From positions 148,498-212,497 of the IMG/VR virus record IMGVR_UViG_3300010885_025649: a stretch of DNA of 64,000 nucleotides; one strand, written 5' to 3'. Below the pieces are notes generated by a model that saw nothing but the letters and a program-made list of their open reading frames with translations, had not been told where the DNA came from and made no database searches. Made by a program: the position numbers and the translations under genes. This document shows, piece by piece, positions 54,910 to 64,000 of this stretch (positions are counted from its first letter, which is position 1; every line of letters begins with the position of its first letter).

Positions 54910-55935
54910 CTATAAAGTAATTATAGTAGTTAAAACAGATTGATTCCAGAAGTATAATCTGGGATGTCCTGAAGCAGTTTCATCAGCAACAACATAAACT
55001 AATCTAGGAGATAAACCAATAACTCCTACAGTAGCTAAAGCATAAGTATTAAATTGAATTAATGGAGTTGCATTAACTATTCTAGAATCATCTCCAGCAG
55101 CTACAGTACCGATAGTTGTACCAGTATTCTTACTAGCCGCATCTCCTAATGGAACCGCTCCATTAACATTATCCCCTAAATTAACTGTACCAACTGGAGC
55201 ATTAGTAACTACTAAATCATTAGCTGTGCTAGGAATATTAGTAGGAATAACATAATCCAATTGCGCAGGTAATACAGTTACATTAGGTAATTGTGTTGTG
55301 CTGAGAATAGTCTGAGATTGATCTTGTAACCCACCTCCATAAGCGCTAATAGTTAAGTTAGTAAATGTGGTTAATAGTGGCAACACAACAATAACTGTAA
55401 TAGTATTCCCAGTAATAATAGTCTTACCTGATATAGGAATACCATTAGCATTAATACTAGAAGTGGTATTGGTAGAAGTTATTGTAACTGCTTTAGTATT
55501 AGTATTTAAAGTAATTACTGGAGATGTATAAGTATTAGTTAGTGCATTATAAGTCCAACCAATAAAGCTAATATAAGTTAAAGTCTGTAATAAGTTATCC
55601 GGGTAAGTATATTCTTGTCTAGTTAATACAGAATTTACTGCATATTGTGTAGTGGCCACAGAAGTATCTAATGCATAATTAATAACTGAGTAATCTCTAT
55701 AAACAGAATAAGTAGAACTATTTAATCGTTTAATCTTAGCTGGTTGAATATCCTGGATTAAACTTCTAGTCTTACTAATAAGAATATCTGTGCTGCCAAT
55801 ATATTCATCCGTTCCTTGTGTATACCGGATTCCTAAAGTAGGTTCTAATTCTACTTGTGTATAAGTTTGATATTGTGTATCTGGGGTAATAATATTAGCA
55901 CCGACAATATCATTACCATCAACATATAAAGCCAT
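54910..55935 (-). CDS. virion/fibre-associated protein
   Basis: LGDAASKNTGTTIGTVAAGDDSRI fibre-type motif. Confidence 0.55.
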   Translation of the reverse strand: MALYVDGNDIVGANIITPDTQYQTYTQVELEPTLGIRYTQGTDEYIGSTDILISKTRSLIQDIQPAKIKRLNSSTYSVYRDYSVINYALDTSVATTQYAVNSVLTRQEYTYPDNLLQTLTYISFIGWTYNALTNTYTSPVITLNTNTKAVTITSTNTTSSINANGIPISGKTIITGNTITVIVVLPLLTTFTNLTISAYGGGLQDQSQTILSTTQLPNVTVLPAQLDYVIPTNIPSTANDLVVTNAPVGTVNLGDNVNGAVPLGDAASKNTGTTIGTVAAGDDSRIVNATPLIQFNTYALATVGVIGLSPRLVYVVADETASGHPRLYFWNQSVLTTIITL

Positions 55936-55941
55936 ATTATA

Positions 55942-56202
55942 TTATCCTATTTGAACGTACATACCTTTAATCTGTTTACCACCACAGGGATGTTGATCTC
56001 CAACTCTATGTGCTTTAGCTCCTACTATAAATACTCTAGAAGACCCTGTACTAGCTTTAACACCGCAACAGGTAAGATTATCTACACTTCTAGCTGCTGC
56101 TTTACCACCTACAAATACTTTATTCTGTGTAACTAGAAGTAATCCCGGGCAGCTATTACATGCCCCTTTAGATTCTCTAGTTAATGTGTAGCCGAGTCGC
56201 AT
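55942..56202 (-). CDS. PAAR-domain spike tip protein
   Basis: VFVGGKAAARSVD..TGSSRVFIVGAKAHRVGD..CG. Confidence 0.8.
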   Translation of the reverse strand: MRLGYTLTRESKGACNSCPGLLLVTQNKVFVGGKAAARSVDNLTCCGVKASTGSSRVFIVGAKAHRVGDQHPCGGKQIKGMYVQIG

Positions 56203-56423
56203 GATTTAACCTCCCACACATGAGAAGAAATCTCCTGTGCTACTTCTGCTGGACTAGTTGCTAAGTATACACTGTTATCTTTAGGCTCACCTATAATAAT
56301 ATATCCTGTAGCTAATAAAGAAGCATTGCCTTTAATTGTGATTACCAAACCATGATCTTCCTCAGTAATATCAAGTTGATTTAATAGTCTAAACAACTTT
56401 ATTATGTTATTAAATAGTTTCAT
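56181..56423 (-). CDS. hypothetical protein
   Basis: probable start MKLFNN. Confidence 0.5.
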   Translation of the reverse strand: MKLFNNIIKLFRLLNQLDITEEDHGLVITIKGNASLLATGYIIIGEPKDNSVYLATSPAEVAQEISSHVWEVKSCDSATH

Positions 56424-56479
56424 CCGAGATTCCCATGTATAATTAATATATAATACATTATACATTACATAGACTAAAA

Positions 56480-57544
56480 ATGGTAGCAACAACATTATTA
56501 GATCAATTAGGCACAGATATTAATTGGGACGGCGATATAGGGATAATAACTAGAGATACTACAAGTGGTTATATAGATTTAACCTCATTAGTAAGCTTAG
56601 TAAAAGGCCCCGTAACAAACTACGTATATGTATACCAAGTAATAACAATAACCCCTACCAGTACATATTTAGGAATTATCAACGCGGCTATACAGAACTG
56701 TAATTATGAAGTTATTAATGATTACTCTTTAGTTGACGGTAATAATAACCCTATACTTTCAGTAATAGCCGATAATATAACTACAACTAGTAGTTTAACC
56801 TTGACACTAAATCTGGTAGCTGCAGCATATACAACTCCAAGTTATACAGTTAAATTACTTGGTAGTACTGGCAATGATATTACATCTCAATTCACAATTA
56901 ATATTGGAGTTGTTAATCAGGAAGTAATCTTACAGCAGCCCATAACTATAACCGCTTTAAGTAGTCAGAACATAGTTGGAAACATTAATATACTTACAAG
57001 TAACTTTCAGTACGGCGCCTATATGATTAATGCTATTAATAACTACACTTATATTAGTGATACGTTAACTAATACTCCAGTAACAGTTAACTTATATATT
57101 AAAAACGCAATAGCAAAGACTTTAACTTATACATTACAAATAGTAGATACGCAAGCTTATACAATAGTAGATTTATTAACTATAAGTGGATTAGAGAATC
57201 TAGATAAAGCTTTATTAAGGCGGCTAAATACACCACAAACATATATAGGTAGATTCATAGGAAGTATAGATGGATTAAGAACAGTAGACTTTAACTATGG
57301 TAATAGTTTGTATAATATCTTAAGTGAGCCACAAAGCGCAGCTAATTTCACAGATATACAGAATAGTATACGGAATGCATTATTAGCAGATCTTAGAGTA
57401 AGTACTGTTGATGTAAGTTTAACCTCACCAGCTCCAAGTAATGGACAGTTATTAATAAATATAAACTATGCCATTAGTGGAACCAATTCAACCAAGAATT
57501 TAGTTATTGGTTTTAATGGTAATAGTTTTGTAACAGTTTCATAG
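56480..57544 (+). CDS. baseplate wedge/sheath initiator (gp25/XkdS-like) with insertion
   Basis: ISGLENLDKALLRRLNTP..NYGNSL..ALLADLRV. Confidence 0.7.
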   Translation: MVATTLLDQLGTDINWDGDIGIITRDTTSGYIDLTSLVSLVKGPVTNYVYVYQVITITPTSTYLGIINAAIQNCNYEVINDYSLVDGNNNPILSVIADNITTTSSLTLTLNLVAAAYTTPSYTVKLLGSTGNDITSQFTINIGVVNQEVILQQPITITALSSQNIVGNINILTSNFQYGAYMINAINNYTYISDTLTNTPVTVNLYIKNAIAKTLTYTLQIVDTQAYTIVDLLTISGLENLDKALLRRLNTPQTYIGRFIGSIDGLRTVDFNYGNSLYNILSEPQSAANFTDIQNSIRNALLADLRVSTVDVSLTSPAPSNGQLLININYAISGTNSTKNLVIGFNGNSFVTVS

Positions 57545-57556
57545 GAGTATAAATTA

Positions 57557-58624
57557 ATGGTAGATTTTTTAACATATGATCAAATGTTTAGTGGTGTTGA
57601 GAATAACTTAAAGACTCAAGCACAACCACTAACAGATTTTAACCAAGGGGCTGGACTAAGAATGCTAGTCCAAGCATTTGTAGCCACATTAAGTTTAAGA
57701 GAAACAAGATTAACTGAATTGCAGAAGTCCTTTTATATCAAGACTGCAACAGGCACAGATTTAGATAATAGATTAGCTGACTTTGATTTCTATAGAATAG
57801 GTGGTAGTTATAGCACAGGAGCAATAACTATAAGCGGTACTGGTATTAGCGGCAGTATTACTATTCCTGCTAATAGTCTATTAATAGATCCTAATACTCA
57901 ATACAGATATAGAACTAGTGATTTAGTATCCCTCTCTAATAACATATCTAAGACAGTTAATGTAACTGCAGAAGCAGAAGGATTCCTGAGTAATCAAAGT
58001 GTCGGAACTTCATTAAGCTTTGTTTCGTATCCCACAATAACCGCTACGGTAAGCACAGCTATAACCGCAGGTAATATTACAGAAACAGATGCAGGATTTG
58101 TGCAAAGATTCATTAGTTATATAACTTCATTATCTAAATCTACTAAAGATGCAATCTTAAGTAGTGTACTCGGGGTTTCCGGAGTAGTAAGTGCTTATGT
58201 AGATAATATAACTAGTGTTCCCGGGGCATTTAATGTATATATAGATGATGGCAATGGCACAGCTAGTCAAAGCTTATTAGATTCAGTAGCTACGGCAGTT
58301 GGAACTGTAAGCGCTGCGGGAACTTATTATACTGTAAAGGCTATTACACAAGTACCAATAGTAGTAACTCTTACAGTTAAAACTACTAATACTTTAGATA
58401 CTAATTTATTAAGTAACATAACTACTAATCTAACCACATTATCTAACAGTTTAGTAATAGGGCAGACCTTATATTTAAGTCAGATACAACAAGCTGTAAT
58501 GAATACTACAAGTACTTCTAGTGTTATCTTAAATGCTACTATTAGTTCACCTCTTACAGATACTATAATAGATAATACTAAGATTATTAGATTTAGTAGT
58601 ATAGGAGTAAGTTATGCAAGCTAG
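57557..58624 (+). CDS. baseplate J-like protein
   Basis: TDFNQGA..TATGTDLD..ETDAGFVQR..VSGVVSA. Confidence 0.85.
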   Translation: MVDFLTYDQMFSGVENNLKTQAQPLTDFNQGAGLRMLVQAFVATLSLRETRLTELQKSFYIKTATGTDLDNRLADFDFYRIGGSYSTGAITISGTGISGSITIPANSLLIDPNTQYRYRTSDLVSLSNNISKTVNVTAEAEGFLSNQSVGTSLSFVSYPTITATVSTAITAGNITETDAGFVQRFISYITSLSKSTKDAILSSVLGVSGVVSAYVDNITSVPGAFNVYIDDGNGTASQSLLDSVATAVGTVSAAGTYYTVKAITQVPIVVTLTVKTTNTLDTNLLSNITTNLTTLSNSLVIGQTLYLSQIQQAVMNTTSTSSVILNATISSPLTDTIIDNTKIIRFSSIGVSYAS

Positions 58625-59723
58625 TAATTTAATAGATACCGATTATCTAACAGCAGACTTTCTACAAGCAGTTAAGTATTACATACCTACAAACACTAGT
58701 TTTAGTTGGTTTGATATTACTACACCTCAATTAGATTCTCTACTAACAAGTCTTGCAGAAACCTTTGCTAAACAAGAAGAGCGAAGATTACTACTAAGAT
58801 TTAATACTTTATTAGAATATGCTAAAGCTTCTGATTTAGATACATTAGCTGCAGACTTTAATATAACCCGGCTAGCAGATGAGACTGATGCTAAGTTCTA
58901 TAGCCGAGTAAAGTTATATATCTTAGGTGAAAGATGTACAGTAAGTGGTATTAGTGCATTTATAAAATCAATTGGTTATTTAGATACAGAGTTTACTATT
59001 ACAGAAAGCTGGAGAAGTCTTAAACCGGTTGATGGTGATGTAGGAGTTGTAAGTCCTAAACGAGATGGCTTTAGAGCTGACTATGATATTACTCCATATG
59101 GAAATACTATTCAGCCAGGATATATACAAATAGCTTTAGTTACTCCCAGTACAGATGATCCCAGATATGAATCCTTATTAGAACTACTTGATTTAGTTGT
59201 AGCAAGTGGAGTCAAAGTAACCTTCACCATGCTTAATCTTAGTATTCTATCAAATACTTTAAACACATTTACTATTACAACTACTCCAACAGTAATTATA
59301 AATACAGAAGAAGCAGACATATTTACTAATGAGTTTAGTGCAGAGTTTGCTAGTCAGACTAATAACTTAAATATCTATATGTTTGATTCTGTAACTCCAA
59401 TAACTGCCACTATAACTAGTGGGGATTATATCAAAACATTTACACTTAGTTTAGATAGAACAAACTTGCCAGATACAGTTACATTTAGCGCACAAGGATT
59501 ACCTGCCGGGGCTAGTGCTAGTTTTACTCCTATGACTACAAATGGGAATACCACAACAGTTACATTAACTTTTAGTCCTGGAACTGCCACAGGTACTTAT
59601 CCAATAGTATTAATAGCAAATGCAGGAAACAAACAAGCACAGATAAATGTAAATGTAACCAGAACTGGTGGAACTTTAACAGGACAACCAATGGGATTAT
59701 TACTAGCATTCACTTATAGTTAA
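58614..59723 (+). CDS. baseplate wedge protein with C-terminal Ig-like domain
   Basis: LDTLAADFNITRLADETDAKFYSRV; GLPAGASASFTP. Confidence 0.7.
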   Translation: MQASNLIDTDYLTADFLQAVKYYIPTNTSFSWFDITTPQLDSLLTSLAETFAKQEERRLLLRFNTLLEYAKASDLDTLAADFNITRLADETDAKFYSRVKLYILGERCTVSGISAFIKSIGYLDTEFTITESWRSLKPVDGDVGVVSPKRDGFRADYDITPYGNTIQPGYIQIALVTPSTDDPRYESLLELLDLVVASGVKVTFTMLNLSILSNTLNTFTITTTPTVIINTEEADIFTNEFSAEFASQTNNLNIYMFDSVTPITATITSGDYIKTFTLSLDRTNLPDTVTFSAQGLPAGASASFTPMTTNGNTTTVTLTFSPGTATGTYPIVLIANAGNKQAQINVNVTRTGGTLTGQPMGLLLAFTYS

Positions 59724-59735
59724 AGGATATTTAAC

Positions 59736-60644
59736 ATGACAGATACAATAAGAACACAGACAGATTTACTAAGCTTATTCGCCGCAGCACAAACTCCGGG
59801 ATCTATTAATTCTCAAGATATGAGGGATACAATTGTTACATTATTTAATAGAGGTCGCCAGATCTTATTATCTAACGTAACCTATTATGTTAGAACAGAT
59901 GGTAATGATAGTAATAGTGGTTTAGGTAATGATGCAGGCAGCGCTTTCCTCACAGTTAATCAATTTATAAATACTGTAACCACCTTAGAGTTAAATGGGT
60001 ATACAGTAACCTGTCAATTAGCTGATGGAACTTATACAGTACCTATAGTATTAAAGGATTATAATAGTCGGGGTTCAGTAGTAATCCAAGGAAATATCAG
60101 TAATGCTTCTAGTGTAATAATCCAAACTACTAATGCTGATTGTATTAGTGCTACTAATATTCAAAGCGCCTACACTATTCAATATGTAAAGCTAAGCACA
60201 ATAACTTATGGTAGTTGTATTAGATTAGATAATAGTGTCTTGAATATTAATAACTTGAATTACGGAACTGCAGTAACTGCGCATAATATGTTAACCAAGC
60301 ATTCTATATTAAATTGTGGCAACTTTGCTATTAGTGGTGGAAGTGCTTATCATTGGTACTTAGATACAGTTAGTAGTGTATATGCTACAGGAATAACAAT
60401 AACAATAACTAATGTGCCCACCTTCACAGTTTTTATTTATGCTATACATAATAGTATGGCTTATTTAACTTCACTAACAATTAATGGAACTGCCGCAGGT
60501 ACCAGATACACTGCTTTTAGAAATGCTACAATATTTACTAATGGGGGAGGCCCAACATACTTACCAGGAAATATAGCAGGAACCCCAGTATCAAATGGCA
60601 CAGCAGCTAATTATCTAACCTCACTATATGGATTATATGTCTAG
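59736..60644 (+). CDS. tail fibre/receptor-binding-type beta-helix protein
   Basis: TYYVRTDGNDSNSGL..AFLT..LADGTY. Confidence 0.65.
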   Translation: MTDTIRTQTDLLSLFAAAQTPGSINSQDMRDTIVTLFNRGRQILLSNVTYYVRTDGNDSNSGLGNDAGSAFLTVNQFINTVTTLELNGYTVTCQLADGTYTVPIVLKDYNSRGSVVIQGNISNASSVIIQTTNADCISATNIQSAYTIQYVKLSTITYGSCIRLDNSVLNINNLNYGTAVTAHNMLTKHSILNCGNFAISGGSAYHWYLDTVSSVYATGITITITNVPTFTVFIYAIHNSMAYLTSLTINGTAAGTRYTAFRNATIFTNGGGPTYLPGNIAGTPVSNGTAANYLTSLYGLYV

Positions 60645-61239
60645 TATATTTGTACAGCGCAATCAATTAACTAATATTAGTTTAGTAATAAACAAGGCTA
60701 ATTACAATGGGCAAGTAACTCTAAGTGTTAGTGTTAATAGCCCACAGATTGAGGTATTTATTAGTGAGATAATTACAAGTAGCAATAGAGTTAGATTAGC
60801 TGTATTAGCTCAAGCTGCCCCTGGAGTATATACTCTAACTATAAATGCAACAGGTACAGGAGTAGTCATACAACCCATAATTATATCAATGACAGTATTA
60901 GGGAACTTTAATCCGACTATAATTAGTACAAATACTATTTATCCTGTAATACAAATAAATGGTATAACAAAGTTTACAGGAGTAATTATTAAAGGTAATA
61001 CTAATATTGTTGGAAGTATTAAAAGCACTAATACTATATATCAGAACACAAATGTAATAAGTATAGTTAAGAATACTAATATAATTACTAAGAATGCTTT
61101 AGAGGGAATAACCACACTTACAGGAACCATTACAGTTATTCCTTATGGTGGTGCTTTAAATGGTGTTACCAGAACCACCGGTATAATTAGTAAGAATGCT
61201 TTAGAAGGAGTTATTAAGTTTACTGGGGTAATCAGTTAA
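60628..61239 (+). CDS. virion protein with Ig-like domain
   Basis: APGVYTLTINATG; repeated KNALEG. Confidence 0.55.
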   Translation: MDYMSSIFVQRNQLTNISLVINKANYNGQVTLSVSVNSPQIEVFISEIITSSNRVRLAVLAQAAPGVYTLTINATGTGVVIQPIIISMTVLGNFNPTIISTNTIYPVIQINGITKFTGVIIKGNTNIVGSIKSTNTIYQNTNVISIVKNTNIITKNALEGITTLTGTITVIPYGGALNGVTRTTGIISKNALEGVIKFTGVIS

Positions 61240-61298
61240 CATTTACCAATAGATTAAAGATATACTAAAACTACAACAATTAATTTATAGGACAAATC

Positions 61299-62021
61299 AT
61301 GGCCGCAATAGCAACAAATTCTTGTATAACAAGAGAGAACAATATTTACTTTAGCAATGCTTTAACTGTTACACCTCCCGATAGAACCAAGTTCTATGTA
61401 GCCCTATTAAACTTCACCGCATTTAGTAATACCATAACTTCTACCGGATCTGGTACCAGTTTAACTCTTGGAGTTACTATCGGGACTAACTTAGTAGTTG
61501 GTTCTAGAGTTAGATTTACCACTACTAATACTTTACCTGCTCCTCTAGCACTTGCCACAGATTATTATGTAGTAAGTTTCCCGGGTGGTACCGGTGGTAG
61601 CACATTAACAGTATCTTTAACTCCCGGTGGATCTGCAATTACCTATACTACAACTGGTGCTGGAACTCACACTTTAACTGAGCAAGCTCCCAGTAGAATA
61701 GATACAATGGCGCACTTTATCAGAAGTGAATTACCTGTAACTAATGGTTATGCTAGAGCAAACGTAGTATTTGCCACAGCTACATTTGATACAGTAAACC
61801 TAGTAGCTTATCCTGCAACTGCGGTAGCAAGTTTTACTGCTACAACTGCTTATGCATTTAACACAGTAGTTCTTCTAGAAGATGCTAGTGCTACTGTAGG
61901 AAGTACTACTGGTGGTGTTACCTTCTTTGATAATACTATTACTGGTACTGTACCAACAAGTGGACTAAGCTTTAACATTACTCCTAGAACCGCTAATAGT
62001 AATACTTTAACTGGGGTTTAA
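61299..62021 (+). CDS. virion structural protein
   Basis: VRFTTTNTLPAPLALATDYYVV module; NGYAR. Confidence 0.6.
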   Translation: MAAIATNSCITRENNIYFSNALTVTPPDRTKFYVALLNFTAFSNTITSTGSGTSLTLGVTIGTNLVVGSRVRFTTTNTLPAPLALATDYYVVSFPGGTGGSTLTVSLTPGGSAITYTTTGAGTHTLTEQAPSRIDTMAHFIRSELPVTNGYARANVVFATATFDTVNLVAYPATAVASFTATTAYAFNTVVLLEDASATVGSTTGGVTFFDNTITGTVPTSGLSFNITPRTANSNTLTGV

Positions 62022-62044
62022 TACTTTATAAGTGAGATTATATA

Positions 62045-64000
62045 ATGGGAACAGCAATACCAAATTACTATAACACCTTTGATAGAACTAAAGGCTATAA
62101 TGAGCTTTTATTTATTAGCGGTGTAGATAGATATTTACAAAGCAGAGAACTAAACGAATTACAAAGTATTATTAAAGATCAGATTAAATTATTAGGAGAT
62201 AAGTTATTCCTCCAAGGTAACCCTATTATGGGATTACAAGTATCTATTACCTTTGATAATACTAATGGAACAGGCACAGTAACTTTTAGTGGAACTACAG
62301 TAACCGGAAGCGGGACTAATTTCCTAACCTTCTTTAGTCCTAACGATAAGATTAAGATTGGTTCTAATATAGGTGTAGTAAGTAGTATTACTAGTGATAC
62401 CACATTAACTTTAACCGCAGCTATTCCTACAATTACTGTAGGAACCAGTTATAGTAAGCAGAATAACTATAAAGCATTAATTAATGATGGCCTTGTATAT
62501 TACAATGGAACATTAATTAATTACACAGCTAATGGCAATAAGGTTGCATTAACTGGTGTAGGTACAGAGATTATTGGATTGATTCCTACTAATACTACTA
62601 TCACAGAAGTAGAAGATCCCAGTTTAAGAAACATTGCTATTGGAACTCCCAGCTTAGGATTTCCAGGAGCATATAGAAATCAATTAACCTTAACTGCTGG
62701 GAAGAATACAGCCAGTAATACTCCCAATGCAGGGATGGTAGAACTCCAAACTATTCAAGATGGAACATTAGTAGTTAATACTTTAGTTACTACTAACCTC
62801 AACTCTAATTATGTTACTAGAGCAGCTTTAGATGATATCTTAGCTGTAAGAATATATGATTTATTTGGGCATGTAATTACCGAAGGATTTAATTGTAAAC
62901 TACAGACTTCAACGAATACTAATAACTTTAGATTAGCCGTAAGTCCAGGAAAAGCTTTAGTTAGTGGTTATGAAGTTATTAATAATGAAACTCAATATAT
63001 AGAATTACCAAAAGCTTTAGATACAAGACTACAATCTCAGGAATCTCATGTATTTAATACTACTAATGCTAGCGGGTATATTAACTTTAAAGGACAGATT
63101 CCAGACAGCGGCACTATAAAAATAGTAATTAATAATATTCTAGTTAATAATAAAACCACTACTGTTACTATTAATTACCCGGTAAGTAATCTAACCATTC
63201 TTAGTCTGCGGCAATTGGTTAATAATCTAGTAGCACTTCTTAATGGCACAGATCAAAGTCTTACAACAATATCTTCTGGTAATAGTGATACACCGACTAC
63301 TATTTATGGTGCTTTAAGTAATCAATTTAGTTGTTCTGCAGATGATTTAACTCTAGGTCAACTTAATATTAAGCTATTACATAGTGGTAATAACAATATA
63401 AGTATCACAGTAACCACACCTTATTCTAGTGGTAAGCAACTTAATCAAAGAAATGCTGGACTATTATGTGATGGTTCCTTTGCTACCTTAGGTACAGGTG
63501 TAGCACAAATAGCAGGTGGATCAGGTTCTAGGACTATAGCTTTAAACCTAACTCCAGTACAAAGCATAACCAGTGTTACCGGATTAGTGCCTGTATCTCA
63601 GACATTAACTAGAGGGGCCAGCACAGCAGATTTACTGGGCAATACACCTGTAGGAACTATTACTAGTGTTACTGCTAAAGATATAGCAGCGGTTACAGAT
63701 TTATCTGCTAGTAGTGCAGCTACTGTATTAGATGTCACAAGTACTATTGTTGGTTATGACCTTATAGTTAATATGAAAGGTAATCAACAAAAGCATCCAA
63801 TCTATTTAACTATTGAGAACTTAAGTGCAGGAGCTACTATAATTAGTACTCCTAATGTAACTACTATTAGTGGAGTTACTTGTGTATTAGTTACCCCTAA
63901 TGATTTAGGTGGTAAAGCAGGAACTAATGTATATTTCACTACTACCAGCGCGCCTGTAAGTTTCACTAGTAGATGCTTAGTAGATCAAACTAATATTGAT
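62045..64000 (+). CDS. DUF4815-like baseplate/tail fibre protein (runs off window)
   Basis: MGTAIPNYYNTFDRTKGYNELLF..YLQSRELNELQSIIKDQI; absent from ORF track, consistent with no stop in the window. Confidence 0.75.
   Translation, partial: MGTAIPNYYNTFDRTKGYNELLFISGVDRYLQSRELNELQSIIKDQIKLLGDKLFLQGNPIMGLQVSITFDNTNGTGTVTFSGTTVTGSGTNFLTFFSPNDKIKIGSNIGVVSSITSDTTLTLTAAIPTITVGTSYSKQNNYKALINDGLVYYNGTLINYTANGNKVALTGVGTEIIGLIPTNTTITEVEDPSLRNIAIGTPSLGFPGAYRNQLTLTAGKNTASNTPNAGMVELQTIQDGTLVVNTLVTTNLNSNYVTRAALDDILAVRIYDLFGHVITEGFNCKLQTSTNTNNFRLAVSPGKALVSGYEVINNETQYIELPKALDTRLQSQESHVFNTTNASGYINFKGQIPDSGTIKIVINNILVNNKTTTVTINYPVSNLTILSLRQLVNNLVALLNGTDQSLTTISSGNSDTPTTIYGALSNQFSCSADDLTLGQLNIKLLHSGNNNISITVTTPYSSGKQLNQRNAGLLCDGSFATLGTGVAQIAGGSGSRTIALNLTPVQSITSVTGLVPVSQTLTRGASTADLLGNTPVGTITSVTAKDIAAVTDLSASSAATVLDVTSTIVGYDLIVNMKGNQQKHPIYLTIENLSAGATIISTPNVTTISGVTCVLVTPNDLGGKAGTNVYFTTTSAPVSFTSRCLVDQTNID

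Noticed and set aside
39351-59723. Stand-alone contractile injection system or tailocin
   Set aside because: Portal, protease and capsid genes are present, indicating a complete phage
16000-64000. Stop-codon recoding suggested by abundant TAG/TAA trinucleotides
   Set aside because: Standard-code ORFs tile the region densely, so these triplets are out of frame

Overview
This window is a 64-kb segment of a large contractile-tailed (myovirus-type) phage genome. The host is probably cyanobacterial, inferred from the style of the tnpB and the CxxC..CxVNP domains. The window has two parts. (1) Positions 1-15.9 kb are visibly more GC-rich and carry about 35 mostly small leftward genes. From 2.8 to 15.9 kb almost every gene is preceded by a conserved motif (minus strand CGAC-Y-rich 9-10 nt-G), which usually doubles as the 3' arm and U-tract of the upstream gene's terminator. 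This part also encodes a YonO-like single-chain two-barrel RNA polymerase (DFDGD), a 2H phosphoesterase, a ~200-nt multibranch structured non-coding element and a D-armless tRNA-like element. (2) Positions 16-64 kb are AT-rich. They begin with a canonical LOV blue-light sensor domain fused to a coiled coil and a membrane anchor, then a ~3,180-aa protein with a second two-barrel RNAP active site (DYDGD), degenerate PLD-like motifs and hydrophobic C-terminal helices (candidate virion RNAP). The rest is a frameshifting tail-chaperone pair, portal, protease, capsid, sheath, tube plus tube paralogues, a tnpB with a tnpA stub, baseplate genes, a GH19 endolysin, PAAR and fibre genes. The leading candidate for a new system is a two-polymerase phage transcription cascade acting on fused terminator/promoter gene cassettes; the phage LOV membrane protein is a second, independent candidate. 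All family assignments come from motif recognition by eye; no searches were run.
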